A stretch of 64,000 nt of DNA, taken from positions 5,754,439 through 5,818,438 of the forward strand of contig MU053561.1 in the NCBI GenBank assembly GCA_013239625.1, in the 5' to 3' direction. Position 1 is the stretch's first letter, and every line of letters starts with the position of its first letter. The notes under the pieces are model-generated. The model saw only the letters and a program-made list of their open reading frames with translations. It did not search any database and had not been told where the DNA came from. Source of the DNA: Lama guanicoe (Eukaryota). Made by a program: the position numbers and the translations under genes. This document shows, one piece after another, positions 52,453-64,000 of this stretch.

Positions 52453-53799
52453 AGCATAATTTACTTTTGAAAATAATACTCAGGATTACCATTCTGATCA
52501 ATTACAATACTGTGATTTAACAGGCTGATGACCTTGAGTACTCCAAGTATACTAAAGACAAGGATTCCAAACAACTCAAAATTCTGCCTGCTTTTAGGTT
52601 TACTTTTCCTTTACCATTAACAGCTTTACACCAAAAGCTATGCCTTCTTGGAACTCTCAGCCTTCCTGTCTGTAACAGTGTTATTTGCAATTTTTCTAAT
52701 TTGTTGCTTCTAATCAACTGCCAGCGGCTAGGAAACCCAGTGCCTATTAGAACTGTCTGAAGTAGGAGTAAATGAGATCTGAGTCTGAGAGGCTCCTTTA
52801 TGAATAAATGCTTCTTGGAAGTATTTCTGCTTTTTGGTTGAACTAGGGATGGTGGGGATATTAGGCAAATATCTTTTAGGATAAGTAAGACTATATTACA
52901 GCATGAAGCATAATGCCATTTCAAATTAAAGTTTCTACCCTTCATTTGCATTGCTTATTTGTAATACACTGTACAACACTTTTTATATGAATAATTGAAA
53001 AAGTTGGAGGTGGTAGAAAAATGGGAGCATTAATTTCAAGGAAAATAGGCTTATTTTATTTTCTTCCATTATTTTTCCCTGGGTTCTTAATAACTGAAAA
53101 TATTGCTTCATTATGGGGAATACAACAACAAAACAAGAAATATGAGTTACACAGTTACATTTAAAAATAGAATTTTTGCATGCCCAGTTCTGGTACCTGA
53201 GGCAAGTCATTTAACCTCCCTAAACTCCAGTCTCATCTACCATTAAATAAGAATACTAGTACCAACCTCAATGGACTGCTCAGAAGATTAAAAAGATATA
53301 AATAAAATGCTTAAAATACAGGTCAGTATGTAAATAGTAGTTTATTATATAATACTAGATCTGCAATAGAATGACGGTCCAGGGCTATCACCTTTTCTGA
53401 ATATTTATCTTTCTTACACACAGGCATAATCCCCTTCCCAAGGTAAAATCTTAATTACTTGGAACTACTCCCCTAAACTAACTTATTAAAATTGTAAACT
53501 AAATATTGCTTCTGAATTTCAAATAAGAAAGATGACAATAACAAGTCAGCCCATCAAAGACTTGGTCAAATTATTGATAACAAACTATATCACAAGACCT
53601 GATGCTTTAGAATAACCCAATGAAACTTCTAAGACTCTAAATACAGTCATATAATTATTAAAAGGTGTCTACCAGGAAGTTACTGTAATAGCAAAATCAT
53701 AAAATAAAAAGAAACCTAAATATTTATTAAAATGGGATCAGTTAAATAACTTATTAAAGTTCCTTACAAGGAAATCTCTGCAGCCAGAAAAAAGAATAG

Positions 53800-54020
53800 C
53801 ATAAGGAATGTGGTCAGTAACACTGTAAAAACTTTTTTAAATGATTATAAATCAATAAAAAATGTTAAAAACAAACTTTGTATAAGGACAGACAGTTATT
53901 ATGACACCAGATTCATCATGGTGATCACTTCATAACACATACATATGTCAAACCAATATGTAATACAACTGAAACTAACACAATATTGTACGTTAACTAT
54001 ATTTCAATTAAAAAATAAAA
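53800..54020 (+). mobile_element. Older L1 3' end containing a ~35-bp younger L1 tail at ~53838-53872
   Basis: ggtgatcacttc...actgaaactaacacaatattgtacgttaactatatttcaatta, with inserted aaatgattataaatcaataaaaaatgttaaaa. Confidence 0.7.
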
Positions 54021-56002
54021 TAATATAGATTTTCATATGTACTGCACAGTATAGCTTCGTGTGTATGTGTCTGTTTAAAGAAAAGGGAAAAGATATATGT
54101 GAAAAAATTGAAAAGTACACCTAAGAAAGAGTTAGCAGTGGGTTTTCCTGAGGTGGGACAAAGGAACTGGTTCCTTTTCCATTTTAAACGCTTTTGCACT
54201 TTTTTAATAGTTTAGTACAGGTAATTATTATTTAAAGATAAACTCATATAATAGCTATCTTTAGCCCAGAATGTGATTGGGAAAGATTTTTAATTCTGTT
54301 ACTTTTCTAAGAAATGAGAATTCCTCTTCCAGAATGTTTTCAGAATAATGCCCTAAATGGACCCAATCAGGTTAATTATTACACTGGACAAAAGGAAAAA
54401 AATAATACTAACTAGATGTTCTTTTGTATTCCTAATCAGTAATATACCTCAGAAAGATAGTGAAAAGTGCACATATACTAGACTTAATTTTTGGACTGAT
54501 GTATGAAATAGTAAACTGCATTTTAGGACTCAAGTGTCTGGCCTTCAAATTTCAAGCCAGTGAACAGCTGAATTTTTAGCAAGCAGTACAAAACCATGGC
54601 ATGTTAATCCCATGTTTTTAATGTCTTTTTTTCTATTTAGAATAAAAAATAATTCAGTAATAGTAGAACAAAGGTTGTTGCTTATATACGAAAATATACA
54701 GAAAGATAAGACATTTTCCATCACCATTCATGAGCATTTTCTGGGTATCAACTGGGTTCACATATTTGTCTCAGACCATTTTATATTTATATTCATATTT
54801 GTATAGACTATATTTTACTATAATTACCAAGTTATTGTAAATATTTTTAGAAGTGAATACATATTGTTTAATATAAGTTGTCTTATCACTTATATCGCTA
54901 GCAGAGAAGGAAGGTCTAATCAAAGCCAAGCATTAGTTGGGTTTCTCATTGTTAATGTAATCCATCATTCCTTATCTCTACATAGTTCAACGTGGCACCA
55001 AGTTTAGTATCTCCTCAAATAAGGATACTTACCCTCAAGACTGGCTATGCTTTGCATACCTGCTGCAACCTGCCAAGATTTTAATTATATAAGCAAAATA
55101 TATTGATTTCAAAATAGATTTGTAAAAAATAAAATGTGTAAGAGAAACCCGAAGTTAAGAAGCATTTAGTTACAAAGTTATTTACAACACACTTCACTAA
55201 TGTTGCACTGTTTATGGTTTAACTTTAAAAACTGCTCATCACTACTAATTATTCTGACAGTTATTCCTGCATTTAAGTTTATTATAAATAACACAGTTAC
55301 AGTTTCTTTTGGCAGGGAACAGCTGGGAAGGGCAAGAGAAGAGGCAGAGAATCTGCACTTTAAAAAATACAGGTTTACAGCAAAGTAAAGAAAGCTTTTT
55401 TTTTAAGAAAGCTTGCATTAACTATTCTGTTCCTTTGGTTTTTGCCTCAAACACAAAATTAATAATTTGGATAGGCTCTAATTACTCAAAATGCTTTTAT
55501 TTTTTATTTGCATCAGCTGACCATCTTAACATTTCTGATGACTGGAACAATACAGAATAAACAAGCTGAGTCATTTACTTTGGCATAGAAAATATGGCAT
55601 AGAAATGCACTCAGATTTTTTTTTTAACATTTTTGTTAAGTTCTTAATATGATGTATTTTCTCTACTGCTTAAATGCCAGTTTTCCATTAGGATTAAGGG
55701 ACCTTTAAAAAGAAAGTATACCATATAAAATGTCATGAACCTAAGATGAGGAAAATGTATTTTCTACCATCAGGAAGTCAAATGATTATCTCAATGTACA
55801 AGTAATTCTTTGATTATCCATGTGCTGACCATACATGTTGTATATTAAAAAATGCAAAATATTTTTAATATAATGAAACATAATTAGGATAATAATCTCT
55901 ATAAAAATAAAAGTGTTCTCCAAAGCATAAAGGACTTTTAAAGAATTAAGTAAAGCACTGATCTCTTCAATTAACATTCAATAAGCAACACTGTCTATGG
56001 TT

Positions 56003-56182
56003 CAGTGGTTCTTCACCCCTGCTGCACATCAGCATCACCAGGGAAGATTCTAAAACACTGATGCCGGGGTCTTATCCATACCAATCAAATCAGAATCACT
56101 GGAGTGTGAGGCCCGAGCATTAGTATTCTGCAAAAGTTCTCCAAGTGACAGTCTAATGCGCAGCCAGCGCTGAGACCCATTG
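56003..56182. mobile_element. MER5-like hAT DNA transposon relic
   Basis: cagtggttcttcac...gcatcaccagggaag...aatcagaatcactgg...gctgagacccattg. Confidence 0.75.
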
Positions 56183-56554
56183 CACTAGTCCAGAAATCTA
56201 ATACCCTAAAGCCTGATGGCCAGAGGATGCTCTGTAAAGATTCTTTCAATTCTTTTCCTTTTCTCACCTTACAATAAACCTGCCAACAAAGATTTGATAT
56301 CTACCATATGCCAGGCACTGCACTAAGTAGTATGGAACAAAAAACAGACATTTTTGGAGTTTACAGACCCCTCATGGAGTTTACAGATCACCTTAAACTA
56401 AAGCCTCACTGACACTGAAATGCCACTAAATTATATTTACTCCCAAGATGAAATTCCTATAAAATAAATTCTATTTGCACCACAGGAGAGTGAGATAGAA
56501 GGGGTAGAGGAAGGGGTGTATGCTTTTATTTCTATTTAACTCATTTCTGTTTTG

Positions 56555-57328
56555 CTTGGTTTCTGCAACTCAATTCAATTCTGACAGTAACTGGAGTTAG
56601 CGCAGACCCCACAAGTTAAGGGCTCAGTTCCACAAGACTGCCCCCAACTTCAGACACCAGTCACAAACAGTAGGTCACCATGTTACCCACATCTTCTGTC
56701 CGACTAGGCTCCCACAACCCCCTTCTTGGATTCAGTCACCTGCTAGAACAGCTCACAGAACTCAAGGAAACACATTTACTGATTTATTAATAAAGGATAT
56801 GATAAAGGACTCAGATGCACAACCAGATGAAGAGATACAAAGGGCAAGATCTGGAAGGGTCCGGCTCAGGAGCCTTTCTCTCCATGGAGTTAAGATGCAT
56901 CAGCCCCCCAGCACACAGGTGTTTTCACCCACACAGAAGCTCTCTGAACTCCATACTTACAGGGATTTTGTGGAAGTTTCATCACATAGGTGTGATCAAT
57001 TATTATCCCAGTCTCTAGCTCCTCTCCCCTTCCAGGAGGACTGGGGGGCTCCTGAAAGTTCCAAGCTTCTAATCATGGCTTGGCCTTTCATCCTTAAGCT
57101 ATCTAGAAGCCCACCAAGAGTCACCTCATTAAGTCCAAAGACACTCCCATCACCCAGGAAATTTCAAAGGATTTAGAAGTTCTGTGTCAGGAATCAGGGT
57201 CCAAGACCAAATATCAGAACGAAAAATACTTCTAGTACCCTTATCACTTTGGAAATTACAAGGGTTTCAGAAACTCTGTACAGGTAATCAGGGGCAGAGA
57301 CCAATATATATTTTTCCACTATTTCACA
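56555..57328 (-). mobile_element. MER21-like LTR (3' LTR of the ERVL provirus; distal end truncated)
   Basis: TG start at 57328 preceded by purine-rich AAGTGGGTAGGC; MER21-type motifs; AATAAA at 56783-88. Confidence 0.75.
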
Positions 57329-60300
57329 GCCTACCCACTTGGTCTCTGGTCACAGACCCTCTTACACCAAAATGATACACAACTCAGAAGGTACTTGCAC
57401 ATTGTAAGAATCCCATTCAGTCACTGGACCGGTCCATCATCATATGGTATGAAAAATGCCTTCCAGGCAAGGCCACTTAGGTTTGCAGGCATCTAGCCAA
57501 TCTTGTCAGGTTCCAAAAGCAGGCATGGTCGAGGCAAATATACAGTTTCACCCTTTCAGTCATTGGGCATAAATGAACTAAGAGATTATATCATCTACTA
57601 CTCTGAGTCCCTTTTGAGGTGTTAATATTGGATTTCCCTCATTATACAATCCATTTATTAATTTCTTTACCCTTAGCTATTATTATTGCTCCTTCTCGCC
57701 ATGTATACCCAAACTCTTTCAACTTTGGAAAGTACATCAGGTTCAGCCACTGTGCTGGTCTAGATGGCAAACAACAATACTAGTCTAGCAAGTACCTCCC
57801 CTTCAGTCTACCGATTCACTTAAGGTTAAGGTTACAAGGCTACAGAACTACTGAGCTATTTTTACCACCAAGCAATACAGCAGAATTCATTGTTAATCTC
57901 AACTTTGCCAGACCGGGTGAAGGTACAATCCATCCTATCAGGCACTTAGGAATTCTGACCCAAAATTTAAAATTATAGTTGGTTTCTTGTTTAGAAATCA
58001 TCCCTGTTCCCAGCACTTGTGTTTGCAGCCAGTCCAAAAACCCACTGCATTAAGGGGGTAGGGGGAGTTGCCATGACAATGGGAGAAAAGAAAAAAGTAT
58101 AGTCATTACACTAGCATACTTCTCCCTTGGTAAGAATTGTATATTCATTCCATGTCCCCTCTTCCCCAGATCCACCAGAAAGAGGGCTCTATACGGTAGG
58201 GCCACTCATTTAGCCCCATCTCATGTTGTGTGTGAGCACAATCTCATGAAGGTATATAAGCCAGCCTTCGTGTCTTTCTCTCTCCCCATTTTAGATAAGC
58301 AATGTTTTAATTGCCCATTCCAACTCTGCATGAAACTAGTACTCTGAGGAGGATCTGTCTCTGCCCATTGCTGGACATTGTGGGCTGTAAAGTATATTCC
58401 TTGGTCCAAAGAGATGATGGTTGGCCATCCAAACTGGTACAATTATCTTCTGTTCTGGTTCTTTTAAAATATTCTTCAGCATCTGCATCTACCACCAGAT
58501 GAGCAAAGCTTGGTGCAGAGCCAGTATCCAATCCTATCAGGATATCATTTGTAGCCCCCCCCCCAGGTCTATCAGCATCAGTCTCACTAGCCAGCTATGT
58601 TCAGGACCTTCCCACTAGGGGAAACCTGTCAATGCCATCTCTTTGTCTCTTTTGCTTGCAGACAGAACATTACTTGGTCAATGCTTACTGACACTTTGTG
58701 CCTCAGAGGGTACAAGACAAATATGTTTAGACTCAGCCCACCTCTGCATTGCTGCAGTGCCTCCATATCCACTCATTTCATGGACCCAAGTGACCACCTC
58801 AAGTGAGCACACAGGAACACCTGACTGCTCATTCTAATCATCTTCCAAACCTAGAAAGCACTTCTTCTGATGGGCATCAACATGTCCTACTTTAACGCAC
58901 ACCTCAAATTCCTACAGTAATTTCCAAAGGCCTGTGCCCCATATCCCTTTAATAGGCCAGGTTTCCATTGCTCTTTTGCCTGACCTTATGGTCTGGCCAT
59001 AGGCCATGGCCCAGGAGTCAGTAAAAATTCAAGCATAGGGATTTTTACCTATGTGGAAGTAATTCTTCCATTACTCTTAGAAAACAGCATGCAATTCAAC
59101 CTACCGAGCTAATATGCCTTTACCTTCTTCTCAATCAATGGTGGCCTTCAAACAAGATATTGTCTGTTCACCTTGGAACTGCCATCCATAAACCAAGCAG
59201 CTCTTTGTTGGTCAGTTATGAGCTGCTTATAGGACAGTGCCAAGTGACTGTAGAATCCAGCAGCTTCTCAGTTTCAGAGTCAGTTCTGGGGGAAAAGAGC
59301 CTCCCTGCTCTTTAGTGTCTCCTCCTCAAATCCTAGGCAGTATGATCCTGTATAAGCCATTTCCACTTTATTATGAAACTCTTTTGGGCACTGCCCTTCC
59401 CACTGGAGTGTTTATCAGACATTAGGCAAGACATCACGACTATTTCAGGTTTCAAGATTGCTTTATGACTTTTACTCATAGTGGCAGTTTGAATTAATGC
59501 CCAATAGCATGCCAATAACTACTTTTCAACTGGAAATTCTCTAGTCCAAAGTCTGAGTAGTTGTTGCTAGGAGGCACTCAGAGGCTTCTGCCTTAAGCTC
59601 CAGTCTACCGTACACACAGGGCCATCGCAGAGGATTTGTCCATACCAGCACTCCAGCTTCTATTCTATGCTCGCTATGTGGGCTTGGACAATCTACTGAT
59701 TCCTATTTAGCATGTCCAACTAATAATATTGTGCTTGACGGGTAGATTTATACGCCTGTTTCAGGATCCTAGGTGGAGGAAACATTCTCCAATCAGATAC
59801 TATGTCCATCTACATAATACAATCGGGTAACAGTCTGATCAAACATAACATTTCCCTACAGACTTTTACCTTACATTCTTACTATAGCCCCCATTAAAAC
59901 TTACATTAAGAAATTTTGGGAGGGGAAGCAGTCCCCAGCCAGACATAACATTCATTCCCATCCAACATCCAGGTAAAGGAGATACCACATCTTTATATAA
60001 ATTCTGTTTAAACATTTCAACTTTCATTATCCTATCAACCCTTATGTTGTCATGTTCTCAACTGTGTCAGGTTTCACCAATGGGTTTTGGTGCCACACAG
60101 TGCAAGGGGCTCTCCTATCAAGGAATCCTCGTAACTTCTCTACCTTGTAACTGGTTATCTTACTCACTTTATGCAAAAGGCTTTGGGTCCTCCCCATGGG
60201 TTGAAGCAAGGGACCATGGCCCTTTTGTCAATTTTTATGTCATTTAATCTGCCTAACCAATGATCCAAGCAATTGCTGGTCAAGTTTCTCATCGCAGTCT

Positions 60301-61882
60301 CTGCCTTGGATGTTTAGATTTCTTCAAACAAGGGTAAACAAAGCAGACTTGTTTGGGGCCCTTTAATGCTGGGAGATCAGGAGGTCCCTTTGGCTTACCC
60401 AACCTTACACAGTGCAGTGTTAAAACCTTTGTTTTGAGAAAAAAAAATGTGACAATGAATATATATATGTTCATGTATAACTGAAAAATTGTGCTCTACA
60501 CTGGAATTTGACACAACATTGTAAAATGATTATAAATCAATAAAAAATGTTAAAAAAACCCTTTGTTTTAACCCCATTAATATCTGTTTTATTCATCCCA
60601 TTTCTTAATAACCATCTAAAGCTTTCCATTCTGCTGGGTCAAATTCTGTGATTCTTCCCTTTTTCCTTTGTTTTACTCCTGAAAATATTTGCTTTGTTCA
60701 CCTTATTTCTTAATAACAGTTTAAAAATGTCCACCTTGCTAAGACCAGTACCTTGACTCTCTCCTCTGCCTTTCCTCATTTTCTTGTTAATTAACCTAAT
60801 GTTGCTATTAGCATCTACGTAAGATCCGCAGGGGAGGCTGAGACAGTAAATACATAGGCCTCCCCACTGTCCCCTGGTTTTGAGCAGCAAGGTTATATGG
60901 GTGTAATGTAAAAGAGTTCCCATTGACACCAGCGTTTACCATGGACAGGGTAACAGGCGTATTCAGTGGATGAATATCCCAATTACCACAAAGATAACCC
61001 CACACGGCTTATATATGAAGCATACCATCTGCTTCATCAGCGTTGTTCCACTTGACATTTATTGGAGGTAGGCGGCCCTCTTTCCCAGGATAAACAGACC
61101 TTACAGTGGCTTTTGCCCAAACCACTAGGCTGGCTGTTCCCTCAGGAATAACCTGGTTTGTGTGTGGATCATATATGGCCATCAAAGACTGTTCATAGTG
61201 AGCTGTGGATCCTCCATCAACCCAAACATGGCTCTTCCGCACTTTAGCATCTAAAACCAGATACTCCTCCTAAATTAATTACTCCCACAATCCATTTTAA
61301 CAAAGGTTCTTCAGGAAGCTGATGTTATACTGATCCACAAAATGAAAACAACTCCCTCACACTATACTTCTCATTTCAACAGTTTCTTGGTTTTGCCCCC
61401 CTCCCCAACACTGACTACATTCTTGGTGACCAGAGGTCTTAGAGATACTTTCTGTTGTCTATGCATAATTTTTCCCTTGGTGAGCAGCTTTGAGGCTACT
61501 GAGTGAAATCTGAGCCTGGTCTAGCATCAAGGTCCGATCCAGCACTCTTTTAATTTCAATTTTACTTATTGTAGATAACAATAACCAAGGGATTGAATAC
61601 TCCACCTTTTTCTTACTAGTTTCCATTTCCTTATGCATCCAGCGAACCAACATGCTGGGAATTGGATCCATCTCTAAATTCCATTGTTAACCTTTACTAT
61701 TAGTAATTGAGAGCGGCATGGCTGCTCCTCCAGACCACAGATGACCACGTGGTCACCTAGGAGTCAAAGGTTCCACATCCCCTGCCTTTTTATCCTTTCT
61801 TCCCAAACCACGTTTCCATGAGCCAGGCTCATTCTAGCAAATCTCACTGGTGCGATACCAAATGTCTAGGAAAAACTCTGCG
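57329..61882 (-). mobile_element. Decayed ERVL internal region (gag, protease, RNase H, integrase, dUTPase-like) plus ~20 bp of 5' LTR end
   Basis: Peptides VVSPLPGCWMGMNVMSGW (protease), ACYWALIQT and IIKWKWLIQD (connection), AWFMDGSS and FTDSWAMAYG (RNase H), SLDQGIYFTAHNVQQWA...WNGQLK (integrase); degenerate tRNA-Leu-like PBS at 61840-60. Confidence 0.85.
60436..60558 (+). mobile_element. Young L1 3' tail inserted into the ERVL
   Basis: Near-identical to 49168-49283; TSD AAAACCTTTGTTTT / AAACCCTTTGTTTT at a TT/AAAA site. Confidence 0.9.
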
Positions 61883-62371
61883 TGTTAAAAGGAAGAAAAA
61901 AAAAAACCAATGACACTTGTTAAAACCCAGTAAAAGAGATTTTATTCAAGGTGGTACAGTTATCTCTATGAGTATAGGGACTACTACCATGAAACTCTGC
62001 AGTGGGGGAAAGAGACTGGGTTCAACTCCAAACACTGCATGGGAAAGTGGGAATTTATAGCCAAGGAACTAGGTGATCAACTAAGGCGAGTGGATGGAAA
62101 ACTACTAAGAGCAAACAACAAGAGTAAGGGGGGTTCTGGTTAAACAGACCTAACTAGATTCTTGCTGAAGACAAGCTATGGTGATCAGACATTAGATGGA
62201 AGGTAAGAAACTGGATCAGATATAGAGTGATCAGACATGAAGGGTAAGGGTTTCTTGCTAAACTGATTTAGCAGGATTCTTGCTTAAACTGTACCTTACA
62301 AAGTATACAGATGAGCCTGGAAGAAGGTGATTCAGGAGACTGATTAAAACTTGATCAAAGAATCTTTGTCA
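61883..62371 (-). mobile_element. MER31-like ERV1 3' LTR
   Basis: TGACAAAG...TTTTAACA termini, AATAAA at 61941-46, PPT AAGAAAAGGGGAC immediately 5' of it. Confidence 0.8.
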
Positions 62372-64000
62372 GTCCCCTTTCTTGTTCAAGGAAAGAAGAG
62401 ACATTCTTCTTTCCTCTGAACAATGTAAGTCTATTTTCTTATTCAGTAGCCTTTTGCTCATTAAGGACCAGGTGAACCTTCTGTTGGGACTTGGTATTAG
62501 AGGATATTTGCTCAATGGTGCCAGCAGTCAGGCATTTAATGAATGGAGTTTCTATGAAAATAAAAATCAAAAGTAACAGAGATCCAGTTTCTCAGTTCAG
62601 AGAACAGCTGGTTGGGATTCTCAGATTTGAGCTTGAAGCATCTTTAGATGGTAGAGTGAGGATGGCAATGGCCATCTGAAGTTTATATCAAGTCATCCAG
62701 CTTCAGCTCATAGGATTTCAGGAAAAGGATAGTTTTAGTTCTCAGTGATGGGAGAAAAACTGGAAACAGTTTGGAGAGTTATAGCCAGATACTGGAGGAA
62801 ACTAGTGAGAATTTGGTAAGGACTGGCAAAATGTACAAGATGGAATCCACAAGGGTGCACTATAGTTTTGCATTGAAACAAACAAAAATTTCTCTCCAAT
62901 CAACTTTTTAATTCTTGTTTACAAAATAATTCTCGTTTCATTAGATTTGGCCTAATTATTTATGTAAGTGCAGGAAGAATAGTGACTGACAATATAGGCT
63001 CTTTTTGAATTGGTTTTGCTGGAACTTTTCATAACGAATCTCAGATTACGCTTTTTAAAAACCTCTCAAGGCCAGAAAGTCAGTCTAGGAACTAGCCACC
63101 AGACTCATCTCCCATTCCTACAGGTTCAGGTGAACTCTCTTCTTGAGGTCCCCAAGATATCCTAAGGTTCCTGAGCATGCTGGGAAGGGACTTTCCTTGC
63201 TCACCTATAAAGCTGAGAACCCAGTAAACCAGATGTGAGGCCAGTTTTTCTAAGAGCACTGGCTCCATGAAGTCAGCCTTCATCTCTTAAACCATGCATG
63301 GTTCATTCTCAAATATAACATTTCAGTCAAAGCTGTGGTAAGATAACTAATGTTTTCAACTTATCCTGTTACAAGAGCAGATTCTTACTGAATTTACTCA
63401 AATTACTATACTGTCATGAAAATAAGAAAACTGGCTAAAAGTTTCTGAATTCTGGAGGGATCAGGTAGGGAGAAAAAGTAGTTGTTTCATCTTTGTTCAT
63501 AAAGGTATAAACTATCAGACTGTTGTAAGCTAGATAACTTAAGATAAAAGAAAAAGGTTCTTTAAATCTGATGAACAAAACATTAAAGAACTAGCAATAT
63601 TTCAAACAAAGAGCCATAAAAAAATTATAACCATCCTCATCAGTTCATTCAGTCCGATATTAACAATTCTTGTTCTGCTTGATCTTAGATTAAGTCTTAT
63701 GAATCCATCAGCTTCTTCATTACTTCCGGAAATTCTTATTCAGTCCAGTGGCATGGTCTTACTGATGCCATCATGGAGCATTCTTGCCTGTGGCTGACTG
63801 TACATGCTTTCAGAGAAGAATGAGAGTAAAACAACGACTTGTCTATGAATGAAGGAGGACTTAAAATGGCCATGGTTAAAGTTCCGATGAGAGTTCATTT
63901 GATGAGGAAAACTAGTTATTTCTCTGGCATACAATATTTTAACATAATAATCAGACAACAAGACTATTTCAAATCTCTATGAACTTCATACCTTTCTGGA
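62372..64000 (-). mobile_element. MER4-group/MER31-type ERV1 non-coding internal region, continues beyond the window
   Basis: Abuts the PPT and LTR; AT-rich MER4-int-like motifs (ttttgctggaacttttc; tttctgaattctggagggatcaggtagggag). Confidence 0.7.

Noticed and set aside
46831..64000. LRIG2 exon 1 or CpG-island promoter
   Set aside because: No signal-peptide/LRRNT exon or CpG island seen; presumably beyond the window
1..64000. CRISPR arrays, operons or other prokaryote-type systems; U12 introns
   Set aside because: The sequence is mammalian, has no repeat-spacer array, and all mapped introns are GT-AG without the U12 donor consensus

Overview
Mammalian genomic DNA, probably camelid, inferred from Vic-1-like tRNA-derived SINEs and the lineage-specific L1 3' ends. 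The only protein-coding gene I can support is LRIG2 on the minus strand. Exons 2-18 were mapped by hand with GT-AG boundaries: 2,959 coding nt spanning 46830 down to the stop at 24980-24982, with an uninterrupted frame and an LRR/LRRCT - 3 Ig - TM - cytoplasmic tail architecture. A ~4.9 kb 3' UTR probably ends near 20100. Exon 1 is not in the window and presumably lies beyond 64000. Intron 1 holds a 1.7 kb L1 fragment, a nested inverted SINE pair and a three-layer nest of an RT-deleted ERVL provirus, a MER31-like ERV1 and a young L1 tail. Bases 1-20000 are repeat-rich intergenic DNA with a CpG-enriched, CTCF-motif-bearing element at ~13 kb and a TATA/EICE promoter-like cassette at ~17.3 kb. 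I found no evidence for a novel multi-gene system. The best leads are RNA-level and local: a three-way-junction hairpin and a let-7/PUM/miR-30/miR-9 cluster in the 3' UTR, a SINE that may carry a 3' read-through, tiny L1 tail insertions with TSDs, a perfect 86-bp duplication and a template-switch scar. Repeat family names are from recognition of consensus motifs, not from a database search.
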